A stretch of DNA of 64,000 bases from Dimorphilus gyrociliatus (Eukaryota; Animalia; Annelida). The first letter of the stretch is position 1, and each line of letters starts with the position of its first letter. The translations under genes were made by a program, and so were the position numbers. The stretch covers positions 62,001 to 126,000 of the forward strand of contig CAJFCJ010000021.1 in NCBI GenBank assembly GCA_904063045.1, given 5' to 3'. The notes under the pieces were generated by a model. It had not been told where the DNA came from. It worked only from the letters and a program-made list of their open reading frames with translations, and ran no database searches. Of this stretch, positions 1 to 13,238 are shown piece by piece.

Positions 1-457
1 ATACAATATCCTCCATCAGCGTGAAAACAGGTGCAATTTCATAGGTAAACCTTTAAAAGGGTTTTAAAAGTCACGCAACTAAATTATTTACATGGGATTT
101 TGCATGGATTAACATACATATTTGTATTTGCAGCAGCAGTTAACCACTCGCCAGCAAGGGCAATGAGATCTAGTCCAGTTGATAATTGGTTAAAAAACCT
201 AGGGTGTCCGGTTTTAACACAAAATTTTAAAGTTTCCTTACAATCAATAAGAATCTGTTCTAAATCTTTCGGATCATCGTCCAAATTTAGACAAGGTCCC
301 AGAGCGTTTCTAAGTGAATGGGGATGATGAAAATCAAGAACTTTATAGCTCCTATCATTATTCTTTTTAATATAATCTAGTAGAATGTCGACAACTTCCA
401 ATAAAAATTGTGATGTCTTTTTGCTACCTTGAGTGGTGGTTTCATACGGTAATAGTT
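1..457 (-). CDS. GAD1: Glutamate decarboxylase (PLP-dependent group II), partial: exons 457-118 and 50-1; runs off the window
   Basis: Translation reads [62 protein letters not shown]|FTYEIAPVF, with a GT-AG intron at 117-51. The first coding exon was not resolved. Confidence 0.9.
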
Positions 458-2968
458 CTAAAAAAGATTAAGTCTCTTAACGTTACAAGTCTATGTATAG
501 TGTAAACAACTGTACATAAAAAAAGATAGTGATGTTGAATATAACAAAGGCCCATCTTATCAGTGTAAATAGTCTCCCAGTTTTTTTTGATTGGCATAAC
601 GTCAAATTATGGTTGGTTAAAGATGGTAAATGTGATTTATACGAAAGAGAAGCTTAGATTAGTGATAAGATTTTTTGTTTACAAGGCAACTACTTCCAAA
701 GTAAAAATTATTGAGAACATGATCCTTTTCGGTTACTAATATATAGCATATACAATTATAATTGACTTAATTAGAGTCCATTGAATATAAGAAAAAACAT
801 TTTTACTTTCAGTAAAAGCTTAATAAGCGAATTCCATTAACTTAAAACTATCAAATACTTACCGTTTACGCACGATACTTTCACAACAAGGCTTAGTTTA
901 CTAGAATTTATATTTAAATTTGTACGGAAAATATTATATTCCAAGGTAAGATGACCTTGGATTCGAAAGAATTGTATCATTACATTGAATCTTACAATAT
1001 CTCTGTACTATTTAAGTAAATAATTGTAGAAGGGCTTTTTTTCAGTTCTTTTTTCCACTGTTACATATTTTTATTTCTCTTTAGACGTCCGTAAAAAAAA
1101 GAAGACGTTTCTGGTTTTGGTAAAAAAAAGTAGTCACGTTTCTTCTATTAGACGTCAATAACGTATAATCATACGGCAAGAAAAGTCGACTTGATTGTAA
1201 CTTTCACTCGCCTGTTATCTTGTTCAATGGTATTATAAACCACGAATGTTTCCTATTGGTTATCTATACGTACTAAATTTCGAATTATATCTATCGTATA
1301 TGTTAAATTAGAAGAATAGACTGCATATATACAGTATATACATATTCTTTGTTAATGCTCGATAAAGTCAAATAAAGGTTAAAACTTCTCTTTCATTCTA
1401 TTCTATGTTATCTTCATTTGCAGATTGAGTTTTATAGGAAAATCAATTAACCTTATATTTATCAGTATAATTTCTTATTGCTTTTTCAATAAAGAAAATA
1501 TAAATTCAAGTTTTTACCGTAATTGAAAACATTTTCAAACTTCTTCCAACTAGATTCAGAAGGTTGTTTATCTTCTTCTCGGAAACAAGTGTTTCTTAAA
1601 CTCTTCTCACTTTGCATAGAGTTTGTCTTATACTTGTATCAGTTTTATGTAGAAAATTCACAGACTTCTTAGTTCAATAGAGGAAAATTCATAGACCATC
1701 GTTGTATAATTTTGGTATATCATCTTGAAGTGTAAACAAACTAGTTCCAGTATAGAAAGATAGAGAAGTAAAGTTTTACCAGTATGGTTTGACGAATATT
1801 ATTAAATAAAATATATAGAAGAGACGCCACAGACGCCCTCCTACGTACGCTGTATAGAAACTATAGTAGTATTTATAAATGTAGTAATATATAAATATAT
1901 ATATTAAGTATTTTCTTTACTTGATAATGTATTATTAAATGCTAATGTTCAACAGCAAACTTACTCAAAAAACCATCCGAACGTGCATTTATATTGTCTA
2001 TGATGGACATTTTCCTCTATAGTCTTATTTTAATAATGGTCTAGTTTTTAAGATAGTTTTTAATGCAATCTCGTATTATAATTGTTTAAAATATTAACCT
2101 GAATGATGACAGACGTACACTATATCTATAAGATTTTTTCAACGGCCTTACTATTCCATAATAGACTAACTGTATAAAGGGAAAAGAAAGGAAAAATAAA
2201 GAATTTATAGGCATAAAAAATAGAGATACGATTATCAAGAGAAAAGCTAACAAAAAGAGAGATTTTTTGATGAAATATTTGTCTTTTATTTCCCAGTTTA
2301 TGGCTCTCTTTTGTGAAGAAAATCCTTCCTTAAATGGCTTACAAGTTTTTCCTCATTATTATAATATAGGGTCTTTTCTTCTACATTCCCTTTCTTTTTC
2401 AATACCTCCTTTCCCTCTTACCTAATCCTTATAACTCTTAGCTATTTATGATATTTCCTGGAATTATTAACCTTTGAAATCTTTGCTTTGTTGCACTTTC
2501 TACAGAGGCGTTAAATGAGAATACCGTTTTCCTCAGAATAATTTTAAATGCTTATCATTCAACTATAAAGAGAGAAATTTTAAATGAAAGAATTTGGACA
2601 TTAGTTGAATTATAGCTCAATAGTCTCTGTATTACATTTCAGTGGAAAGTTTTTTTATCAACCAGAGGTTATGATTTCGAGCTATTTCGATTAGAAAGAA
2701 GTATACACAAACTTCAAACAGTTTTGATAGAGAAAATTGAAAATTGAAAGAAAGAAAGCCATCACACCGAAAAGTTATCTTCTGAAAATGTTAGTTTTGC
2801 TTTTGATTACTTATGGCTCCATAACTCTGCAAAATTCCTTCAGTCAACACAAACGTGTATAGTAATTTTTTCATGTTATATCAAAAGAAAGTCAAAGAGC
2901 ACAGAATGAGACAGAATTTGAACAAGTGTAGAATGAAAACTTCTTATTTGTTGACTACAACAAGCTAA

Positions 2969-5900
2969 TTAATCTTCTTTGATTTTCGTTTTCTGATTTT
3001 CAGCACTCTCTAGGAATCTGGCTAAAATTCCCAAAAGAGCGAATATGGTGAAAAGAACGGAGAGTATGTTGGTTATTCTGTAGAGTGAGGCTAAGCCATA
3101 GATGAAAATTATATGTCCACCTATATAGAATAATCCTGAAGCAATATCAATAAATTCACCAGATAGTGGTCCTTTTAGAGATGGCAAATCAGCCCAAACT
3201 AAAAGTGAGACACTAACGCATACAGCAACACACGGTGTTCTCCAAGGATCAACTGTTCCAAATATCCCACGTACCAAATGAATCAAAGACGGGCTCGTTA
3301 ACAAGCTAATAATGACTAGCATGTATATTAATAGAATTCGGAGTTTATGACGTTTAATATCTTCTGCAACATCGCGATTTTCTCTACAAAAGATATGTCG
3401 TAATAGAAGAGATGTAACAGTTATGAGAACTCCTAAGCTTCCACAAGTAAAAGCGGCAATAGGAACACTGATAAAATGAGTTACGATTACTAAATACCAT
3501 ATGAAACTATCAATCTTATTATGTCCAATTAGTCCTGAAAATTTTCTGACAATCCATGAAAAAATTTCCAAACAATTCGAGGCAATAAAGAAAGTACATG
3601 ACAAAATCGCTGTACCTAATAAGAAATTATACATAAACAAGGCAGTAAACCACAGGCCTCTTTCATCCATGTCAAAAGAATCGGGAGGAGGAATAGATAT
3701 TTTTTGAAACAACTCCCTTGAATCTTTTGTTCCAAGCGTCCAGTTAGCCACGAATGTTATTGGTAAAATTTTAAGAAAATGAGGCCAATTGTAAGATTTC
3801 AATGGTTTTTCCTGAGAACTTGGCTGACAAAGTCTACGACATTCGTCGGCAATTAAAAATGAAAGAATGGCAATCATTGCAGAGAGGCAATTAACAGTAT
3901 AGAATCTAAAGAATTGGCCAAGTAATTCCACAAAAGCTAATTGTATACCAATGGTATATTCACATTGAGGGTTAAGATATAAGTGAACCTGAGCACTTAA
4001 ATTCCATTGGGGTGGTTTCGATACAGGTAATCTCACAGTAATAGTTGAATTTGCATCTTTTTCCAATTCGTCATAGGAATCGTCGCTTATCCAAGGTATA
4101 TGAATTTTTGAGAGAACATTTCGGTCATCTGCATTATTGCAGTTAAGAGTTGTTATATAAATTTTGTAAACGTTCATTATATGATCAATCGATGTAAGTG
4201 TTAAATTGTAGAAAATAGCATTTTTCTCTGTCTTCTCTACTAATGTTTGATAAGAAAAAAAAGTTGAAATTAACGGCACAAATGCCTTTGGTAAGCTCCA
4301 GACAACAGATCTTTTATCAGGGTTGAATGCTTCTGCATAAACATGAACGTCTCTCGAGGCTTTTGGTATAATAGTCACTATTGACGAAAATTTTGCTATT
4401 TCATCAGAATTTAGCTTTATAACTTTCAATTCATTAGACGGCACTAGTTCTGCATATGGAGATAAATTTTCTAATTTATCACAAGAACTATCCAATAGAC
4501 ATCCACCCAAATAATTTTTAGCTTTTAAATTTTGCGTAAGAATGATAAATGATGCTTTTTGAGTAATTTTCGTTGCGAAATATCTATTAACATTAACTTC
4601 TTTTCTGTTATATCTCCATGAGGATTTAGGTCGCATTTCAGTTTTAACGTTTGCTCCTAGTTCGATAAGTCTATTATAGTTTTGCCGATAAGTCTTCGAC
4701 CCAGAATTCTTATAGAAATGATGTAGAATAACTTTACGTTTAAAAACTGGATTTACAGCGAACTTCTTTGTCTTCTTATCAACCATATCAATCATTGCCC
4801 TAACTGTAGCCAAGACAATTTGTTTACACCAAACGTGGCATCTATGATCGGTGGAAACCCATCCTCTAGGTACAGATTTTGTCTGTTTTATTTCAAGAGT
4901 ATAAATTCATACTGAAGTCATATTGATTAAAGATAAAAACTTACATTAGTATCCCAGCTAGTATCAAAGGCTACAAGCTGAATAAAATATAACGTTCAGT
5001 ATAATGTACGTCTGTCTCTCTCTCCCTCTATTAGTTAAATAGTATTGTAGAAATTTAGAACTTACCCCTCTTAAGCTAACGAGATCTCTTCTTACTTGAA
5101 TATCTCTGAAACCACCAGCAGTTGAGAAAACGGACGTTTTCAATAAAGTTGAATTGCTTTTATTTGTCCAAAATTCATTTACTCTTCTATAAAATTCAGC
5201 CAATTCATAATCAAGAGCAATAACAGGCATTTGATGAGGTGTTGCCTGGGTAAAAATTGTGTGAACTTTCTCATTTTGAAAGCCTGGTATAGTAAATAGG
5301 GCTCTGGCCACCATTCCTCCCATAGAATGACCGACTAATACAACGCTTTTAGTCGAAGTGTATAACGATAATATTTTATTAATGGCCGCTTCTGTAAAAG
5401 CTGTTTGTCGTTGTAGTGCATCGCCAACAAATGCCGATAGTTCCTCGTTAAAGTCGACTGAATAGAAATCAAAATGGAATGGAAGACTCTCGTCCAGCCA
5501 TTTCCTATAAGCAACAGACCCTAGTGATCTAACTTGTTTATGACTACCATCGTTGCCAGGAATGAAAAGCACAGGAATTCCCGACATTCGGAAATTTCGG
5601 TGCTCTCTAGCGTAATCCCCTTCGCCATATAAATATAGACCATAGGTTGGGAATCGTTCCTTAATATCATCTGTCATCGGTATCGGCTGAAATAATCAAG
5701 AGTAAACAATCCATATTTAGCATGTCATTTATTTATTGCTGCTAAGCCAACTGCATTATATACCATCCCTGTCATATATTTTTACTACAGGGATAAATGA
5801 AATAAATGACACTATTCAATAATGTATGATATACTAAGTGCCTTGTAAACCATGTAGGCCTACTATACAGGTGGTGCTTACACAATTAAACAAAATTTAA

Positions 5901-6049
5901 GGTAATCTTACCAGATACTCGGGATATTCGAACATGTAAGTCATTTGACAATTATTTGATTCATAATTAAGTAAATAATCATATAGTCCGATAAATGCTA
6001 GTGATAGGATTATGATAAACGTTCCCGGTCGAAAAGCTCCTACCGCCAT
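2969..6049 (-). CDS. PGAP1: GPI inositol-deacylase; exons 6049-5912, 5686-5066, 4977-4945, 4882-2969 (~901 aa)
   Basis: N-terminal TM helix followed by NCQMTYMFEYPEY; motifs GIPVLFIPGNDGSHKQVRS, lipase VGHSMGG and WVSTDH; multi-TM C-terminus. All splice phases are compatible. Confidence 0.95.
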
Positions 6050-6154
6050 TTTGAGTGGCAGATATCACGTGACTGTGGAGAGGAATCTTAATCCAATACA
6101 CTATCTAACATAGTATAACCAACGGTAGTACTATCCAGATTTTAAAGAACGACA
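6050..6154. promoter_or_regulatory. Bidirectional promoter shared by PGAP1 and NUDCD3 (105 bp between the ATGs)
   Basis: Head-to-head ATGs at 6049 (-) and 6155 (+). TCACGTGAC E-box/CLEAR-type motif at 6065-6073. YY1-type CGCCATTTT overlaps the PGAP1 ATG. Confidence 0.7.
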
Positions 6155-7426
6155 ATGGCTTCTTCATCAGAGAAATATGACAGCGTTCTCTTAGGTATTC
6201 TACAGAGCGAAGGAAAAATCCATCACTTTTTAGAGGCAATATTTGGTTTTTTATACAGAAAGTAAGAGAATAGATGCATTTTCCTCATAAATTATTGCAT
6301 AATAGAAAAAAAACCGCGTATGGTTTTCCAATTATCGCTCATTCGAAATTTAAAATACTTCAGAACAGACTTTTATCGTTTGTTGCGAGATGGGTCTGAT
6401 AAATTGGGATTTCCTCCTGGAGTTGCGGAAAAAATAGCCTATGGATCATTTAAGAGATTTAAAGATATGGCTGATAAGGATGAAGTTGAAAGGGACAAAC
6501 TTTTACAATTAAAAGCGAAAGAAATTCAAGGTAGAAAAAGTTAACTTTCCAAAACTAACCCAAAAGTTAACTCATTTTTTAATATTCATATAGAAAAGGC
6601 TTTAAACTCCAATCCTCCTCCTGTTGTTCAAGAAGAAGAAGTCTCAACTTCAGCTTCCCAACCATCCGAAAAAAAATCCAACGATTCCGAGGTAAAAGAT
6701 CAATCAACTGAACAAAAACCATCAATAGACAAGAAAAACACCGAGACTAAAAAAATTGAAGACTCCCCTGAAGGGTAAATATATTTTGACATTTTGTAAC
6801 TAAGCTGTGCCAAGCCCTTTATATAAAAACGTTTCTCTCTAAGGGAACAAGGAGTTTATCAAGCCAAAGCTGACTGCTATAACGGTGCTGAACTTGAAAA
6901 TTACGCCTGGTCGCAAACGATAACGGATCTAGATCTGAGAGTTTACGTCTCAAAAACAACCAAAAAAGGAAAAGAGATATCTGTTAGCGTTAATAGAAAG
7001 TCGATAAAAGTCGTTCAAAAGACCCAGAATGAAGATCGAATACTAATTGATGGAAAATTTGCATGGGACGTTCGTGCTGATGAATGCGTGTGGAGTTTAG
7101 TTCCTGGAGAATATGTTCATATAAACTTAGAAAAAATTGAGGAGCGTTGGTGGGAATCTGCTTTGAAAGGTGAACCTACCATCAACGTGAGAAAAATAGA
7201 CGCTTCAAGGCCTATCACCGATCTAGACGATGAAGCTCAGGCAAAAATTGAAGAGATGATGTACAATGAGCAAATGAAACGTCTGGGAAAGCCTCAAAGT
7301 CATGAAAAAAAAGTGCATGAAATGCTGAAACAAGCTTGGGATGCTGAAGGTTCACCTTTTAAAGGGCAACCGTTTGATCCGTCTTTAGTTAATGTAGCAA
7401 ATCCAAACTCTCAACAACCTTTCTAA
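6155..7426 (+). CDS. NUDCD3: NudC domain-containing protein 3 (multi-exon)
   Basis: N-terminus YDSVLLGILQSEG..FLEAIFGFLYRK|TDFY..KLGFPPG; CS domain YNGAELENYAWSQT..WSLVPGEYVHINLEK..ERWW; C-terminus MLKQAWDAEGSPFKGQPFDPS. Confidence 0.93.
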
Positions 7427-7573
7427 AAATTTGAAACAGGACTATTTCACGCAAACGAAACTAATTTGCTCTGTTAATACAATATTTTGTTTATTTAAAT
7501 TCATACGTAATTTGTACGTAATTTACGCGAACTGGCGCAATCACTGCTAAGTCGATCATCTGTCTGTAAGGTG

Positions 7574-9111
7574 ATGGCCACTCAACCGTTTTCGGCTTTA
7601 CGCGGACCTCGTTGTTTGCCATTGTTTGGTAATGTGCTTGACTATTCTCGTTTTGGTCCGTATACGTTTGATCGCATGCATTTAGCGAAAGAAAAAAATT
7701 ATATCAAATACGGAGATATTTATAAAGAAAAATTTGGTCCAGTTGTCGTTGTGCAGCTTTTCAACCCCGATGATATATCTTCAGTATTAAAAAACGAAGG
7801 AAAATTACCAATTCGCCCACCTTTGCCATTGTTAAAAGCAGCTAATCGAAGAGATGGTATAGCTCTTGGTTTGGGATCTCTGTAAGTTTTTTGTACTGTT
7901 ACAAAATCTGAAACTTATTTTTTCTACTGCTAGAAATGGAGAAGATTGGTGGAAATTAAGGAAAACGGTGCAAAAACCATTAATGCATCATCGTGCGGGA
8001 GCTGCTTATCTACCGGCTCAGGAGAAAGTAGCCGATGAGTTTATGAACGTTTTAGATACGATAAAGGATCTTAATGGATCGGTCGCAAATTTTGAAGAGT
8101 TAATTTTACGCTATACCATGGAATGTAAGTATATCGTATACAAGATATCATATCAAACTCTTATCTAATTAGTTGATTATTAATTAATTAGCTATAGGAA
8201 CTGTTTGTTTTAATAAAAGAATAGGAGTTCTTGACGAAAACAAGAAAGAATCAAGAGAATTATTTGATTCTATTAAAAAACAGTTTGCCGCTGTTCAAAG
8301 AACATATTTCGCCTTTCCTTGGTTTGAACTATATAGGAGTGAGGCATATAGAGAGTTTCTTGCAGCCAAAACATTTTCAGATAAATTTGCAAAGGATTGT
8401 ATTATCTCCAGCCGTCGAGAACTTACGGTAGACGATACTTCTCCAAATCTATTGAAAAGTTTGATTGATGATACCTCAATTAGCGAGCGTGAGGCTGTGG
8501 GAATTATTACGGATTTGTTCATAGCGGGTATTGATTCAACTGCAAGCGCTCTATCATTTCTTCTCTATAATTTAGCCAATAACTTGAGAGAGCAAAGTAG
8601 GCTATTCGAAGAAATAATTGATGTTGTGGGAACTGGTAAAATAACAGCTGACTCATTCGACAAGATGCCTTACCTAAAAGCTTGCGTGAAAGAAAGTTTT
8701 CGTTTGTTCTTTCCAGTTCAAGGTGGAACTACAAGAGTTTTAGATAAGGACCTAGTACTTGGTGGTTATGCTATACCAAAGAAGTCCTTCGTAGCATTTA
8801 ATAACCAAACGATGTGTCTCTCCAGAGATTATTTCTCCTGTCCCCATAAGTATATTCCTGAGAGATGGTTGAAAAGAGGTTCGGCCAGTACGTCACCACC
8901 ACATCCTTACGTTATGTTGCCATTTGGATTCGGCGCAAGGATGTGCATAGGAAGAAGATTTGCTGAACAAGAAATCTATCTCGCTATAGCTAAACTCCTT
9001 CAAAAGTTTGAAATTCAGGAGAATTCATCAAAGCCAATGGGCATCATTAATCGTGTTTTCAACACACCAGATCGTCCCTTATTAATTAAGCTATATAAAA
9101 GATCCTTCTGA
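7574..9111 (+). CDS. Cytochrome P450, mitochondrial clan (CYP302/CYP44-like); exons 7574-7881, 7934-8124, 8192-9111 (472 aa)
   Basis: GPRCLPLFG, WWKLR, I-helix AGIDST, ExxR (KESFR), PERW and heme motif PFGFGARMCIGRRFAEQE. The GRRFAE motif and GPYTFDRMH resemble mitochondrial-clan P450s. Subfamily is uncertain. Confidence 0.9.
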
Positions 9112-9305
9112 CCTACGATATTCGTGAAGATTTCTCCTGCACCACTTGTAGACTAGTAAGAATTTTAGTAGTTAAAATTGAAGAAATTTTATGATGTTTA
9201 TTATTGTTTATCAAAAGATATAAATCATCAGAATTTTAGAAATTTCTTTCTTCTTTTAGAATAATTAATATATTACTTCAATATACAAAAAAAACAGTTA
9301 ATATT

Positions 9306-9551
9306 TTATAAGAACAGCGTTCTTTGATTGTCTACAGGCTCTCCGTTCTTTGGTCTCCACCAGAGAGCGCAAGCAGCAGCGACCCATACCATTGACGCAT
9401 GAACATAAAATCGTCCAAATATATTCCACATTATTATCCAGTATTTTCTCCACATCCATTTACCTATATCGAGAAGATCTATTTCGAATATGGCTGCTAA
9501 ATGCAGGTAAACTGCATACAAAACTACCAAAGTTGTCACAATTTTCCTCAT
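9306..9551 (-). CDS. Small predicted two-TM membrane protein (81 aa), unknown function
   Basis: Single ORF MRKIVTTLVVLYAVYLHLAAIFE..FYVHASMVWVAAACALWWRPK, with coding-like GC against AT-rich flanks. No family recognised. Confidence 0.5.
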   Translation of the reverse strand: MRKIVTTLVVLYAVYLHLAAIFEIDLLDIGKWMWRKYWIIMWNIFGRFYVHASMVWVAAACALWWRPKNGEPVDNQRTLFL

Positions 9552-9771
9552 TTTCCTTTTTTTTAATATTGTCGTGTTGTTAACGTGATGGCACAAGAAT
9601 AAAAATTTAGAACGATATTGGCGATAAAAAATCTAATATCTTATCAGGGAGAAAATTTACTTAGGTTTTAGCCTAAAATGCAAGATATCCTAAATCCAAA
9701 GGAGATAGTGTGTATTTATAATTATTTTAATCAGCAAACAGTGGCGATATATTAAACGAGAATGAGTTACT

Positions 9772-12357
9772 TTAATGTCTTGGTTTTTTCGTTGGGGGCG
9801 GCATATCATTAGATCTCCATCCGTTGTGTCGAATGAAAGTGAGGAGACAATTCAGGGTAACGGGATTTCTTATAGAGTTCACCACAGCTATAAAAATAAA
9901 TACGTAAGCAAAATTAAGATTGTTATAGGATTTATCTATGTATATATCTATTCACCAGTGGCAGTTTCGTAGCTATTAGGGAAGGATTTATCTTTTCTCT
10001 CTCTAAGAAATTTCCATTTACCTCCTCCACGATCTAACACTTCCCAGGTACATTCTATGATTTTGTTGTTATATTCACGAAATTCTTTCGGACACTGTAA
10101 CATAAATGACAGATAGATTTTTTACAAAAGTTTGATATTTTATCAATATTACTTTCATGCTGCAAAATGGTGGATGTAGACCTCCAACGAATAAATGAGC
10201 AGTTTTTTCAGGAGGACAACCTTCTCTCTTTTCAACAACAATTTTAAGAAGAAAATCAACAGAGTTCAATTCTGGGGGTTTCCATTTTAAGATAAGATGC
10301 GTTCGACCACCTTTATAGACCTATATAGAAAGAATAAATCTGTTTCTTATCGATGGAAACAGTCAATCTACAAACCCATTCAAAAGGCTGAAATATTAAA
10401 CCATCCGTTTCGTGTGCTACTGCTTTAGTAAATTCTTCTCTGAAGAATCTTTCGGCGTACGTAATATCATGAAATTCTTTGATTCTTATTCCGAAAGGTT
10501 CACTTTCTCGAATTATTCGTCTCTCCTCCATGGCAACCGTCCTGGGACCTATAAGTTCCCTTTGAATACAAATTTCACGCCGCCCAAAATCGCATCTTCC
10601 AACTGGTTTTGACTATTTTAGATAAAAGAAAGTTGGGTAAGACAAATAATATTAATATAAAGTACATGATACCAGTTTATGAAAGTTGCGTTAAAAACTA
10701 ATAACTAGTAGAAAAAATCATAAAACTAACCTCAAATTGCACGATGTCGTAAATGAGAAAACGTGGAATTTTCTGACCTTCATGCTGATCCACAACTAGT
10801 TCCTGATGAAAGATATATATATTTGTAAAACATATTATTATATGTTCAACGAAAAATTTCTTACACCATCCACAAGAGTATCAAATACAGAGTCTTCAGG
10901 AAATTTTCTTCTCGGAAAAGTTAAATTATTTACTTTAAAGACAGTGTTATCTCTATCGAACATAAAAATTTGTTCTTTCCCTTTTATGTACATTAAATAT
11001 CTGAAGCAGTTCATTTCAAATAAACAAATCGAATTATAAAGATATTTAAATATATGCATGTGAAATTTACCTAACTCCATCAGCTTTCCAGCTGACTTTG
11101 TATCGTTTTTCACCCAAAAGACTAATATTTTGTCTATCCATAGATACAGGCTGGGCTCCAGCAAACCCATTCCTAACGTTGAAAAAACAAACTATAATAC
11201 AATTATAATGACTTTACGCTTTTTAACCTCTCATAACTGCATATTATTTTAACCTCGTTTTGCAATCTTGATACTTGCTCATAATCTTTAAATTGTTCAA
11301 CTTGCGGAATATCTAAGCCTTCAACAAAAACAGCATTGTCTTTCCGGTTTTGTCCTCTGTTTTTTTTTCTTGAAGCAATTGGTTTTCCATCATCATCCCT
11401 ATCGTTATCATCAAATTCTATGATAAATAAAAATATTTATTTCTGTTTATCGCTGAAATTTGTTACAGAAACACAGACCAACATGCCAATCGGGAAGACT
11501 GGGAGCGTTTGGAGGTGTTTCTTCTGGATAATACCGTTTATATAACTCATTGATGTAGTCTTGCTTATATATTCCAGGACTTCTATTCTCAATGAAAAGG
11601 GACAATGCTGCTTCCAAACTTGAATAAAATTAGGAAATTTACAATAAAAGTTTATAAATACAAAATATTTAAAACATACTCCCAATCCCTTTTATCAATT
11701 AAATAACAAACAATCAAAAATCCAGTTCTGTTAAATCCGTGTGTGCAATGTACACCTGAAATTTACAATTAGAGTAAATTTTTAAAGCAATTGAAATTTT
11801 TGCGAAACAGACCAATGACTTCATTAGGTCGATTGGTTACAACTGAATCAACAGCTGTCATAAAAGCCTCCGTTTCTTCAATTGTTGGTGCTTGACCATG
11901 TCTGGCAGCAAAAAATTACTTATCTATTTGTATTTTAAAGATTTCAATTAATATACCCTCTGCATTTGATTTTAATATATCCACAGTCAAGTTCTTCTCT
12001 CACTTTTTTCGAATCATAAAATCTTGTAGTGAATGTCAAGTCTAGTAAAATTCCCATTTTCCTCTGTGATTAAATTTATTAGAAATTTTGTTAAAGTGAT
12101 AATTTGAATCATACTTTCATCTGCTTCATGGAATTAAAAATCATCCTTAAATTAAAACGATATTCTTCAGGAACCTGATCATCATATCTTTCATCCAAAG
12201 GGGTTTTCATCGGTAAGAAGAGGTCTGTAAACAATAGACTTAAAAATTCTGGTGGGTAAAATTCTTTGCAAAGTTAACCATCTATTAAGTTTCCCTTCCG
12301 GGGGCAACGTAACCATCTCGGAGGCAATGGTAATTCTGCATTAATTCCTTCAGCCAT
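9772..12357 (-). CDS. RNGTT: mRNA capping enzyme (RNA triphosphatase + guanylyltransferase), intact copy, ~12+ exons
   Basis: Start [16 protein letters not shown]; phosphatase motif [12 protein letters not shown]; GTase motif [23 protein letters not shown]; ETDGLIFQP; [14 protein letters not shown]; [16 protein letters not shown]. Confidence 0.96.
10654..10701 (+). pseudogene. PACRG: Remnant of the PACRG C-terminal coding tail inside an RNGTT intron
   Basis: Reads [15 protein letters not shown] and is identical to 14925-14972. It lies antisense within the 118-nt RNGTT intron 10730-10613. Confidence 0.92.
10654..11209 (+). repeat. Duplicated block, copy 1 (identical to 14925-15480)
   Basis: Manual alignment at offset 4271 shows no mismatch over 556 bp. 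The ORF-track translations of the two copies are also identical. Confidence 0.95.
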
Positions 12358-12889
12358 ATTTCAACAAGATATTTTATTACAATTGATAGATTTTTGAGAA
12401 CGAATTGCACGAAAAATAGAACAAGTTGAAATAAGGCGTCCAAAAAAGTTTCAACCGTTAGCTGATTATCAAAAAAAAGGATTGCATTAATCCAAATTTA
12501 AAAAGTTTTTCTTTAAGATAATATTCTGAGGATCAACATACATCTCTATGTGTACATGGAGGCTATCCCTAAACTTTTAACATGGTTATATTCTGAAATG
12601 ATAAGAGCAGAAGATGGTTGATTATCCGAGTATCACTCAGGAAAGCTTTAATTGAATTCACAGATATGTCTTACAATAAGATGATATAGTGACGCCATTT
12701 TGTTTATTCCCTATAAAAATTTTCTATCGAAAGCGAATATAGTTCGTGTATATTTCGTGGTGCGGTGTCTTTATTAAACACTTGTTTATATCAGAATTTC
12801 TTTGGATTGTATTTAAAATATAAGACTTGCTGATTGCAAAGAAAGTAAACATCAGAATTATAAAGTCTTAATACTAATTATTTATAAAG
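12358..12889. promoter_or_regulatory. Bidirectional RNGTT/DDX54 promoter, copy 1 (now serving intact RNGTT)
   Basis: Lies between the RNGTT ATG (12357, -) and the DDX54-fragment ATG (12890, +), and contains a YY1-type CGCCATTTT motif. Duplicated at about 15484-16001. Confidence 0.7.
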
Positions 12890-13238
12890 ATGGCCTCGAA
12901 TATGAGGCGGATAAAGAAGCGAAAGCGCAATAATGAGGAATCGGAGGAAAACTTTACTGTTGTAAAACAAGTTTGTATACCTTCTAATTATCAAATATAT
13001 GTTAAGAAGGAACAATATTAAAAATATTTTAAATAATTGATAATATTTATATATAATATTGATATCCACAAAGGAGAGAATTAAAAAAAGTTGATTTGTA
13101 AATTGAATTTTAAAGATTTTAATTTGCTACTCAAATAAAGATAAATAATGATTGTAAAACGTGAATATCTATAAGTGTTTCTTTTCATTTCAGGATAAAA
13201 TATTCAATTTAAACCAAAACATTACAGAAGTGGAAGAT
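12372..13238 (+). repeat. Duplicated block, copy 1 (98.7% identical to 15484-16350)
   Basis: Manual alignment at offset 3112: 11 substitutions in 867 bp. Confidence 0.95.

Noticed and set aside
100-327. Plus-strand 75-aa ORF
   Set aside because: Antisense shadow of the GAD exon. The same applies to 3501-3707, 8295-8522, 33394-33771, 35397-35639, 36543-36845 and 46059-46256.
940-961. Hairpin TCCAAGGT-AAGATG-ACCTTGGA
   Set aside because: Only an 8-bp stem, expected by chance, with no other supporting structure.
8192-8200. Apparent TGA at CYP exon 3 if the TATAG acceptor (8197) is used
   Set aside because: The upstream AG at 8190-8191 gives ESIGTVCF in frame, so the CYP is not a pseudogene.
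10806-11039. Duplicated plus-strand ORFs 10806-11039 / 15077-15310 and minus-strand ORFs 12878-13069 / 15990-16181
   Set aside because: Non-coding frames repeated only because the DNA is duplicated.
12590-12700. Minus-strand ATGGCG with donor and acceptor (MASLYHLI|NITMLKV*) in the RNGTT/DDX54 promoter
   Set aside because: Too short. The ATGGCG is equally explained as a YY1-type motif; at most a uORF or 5' UTR intron.
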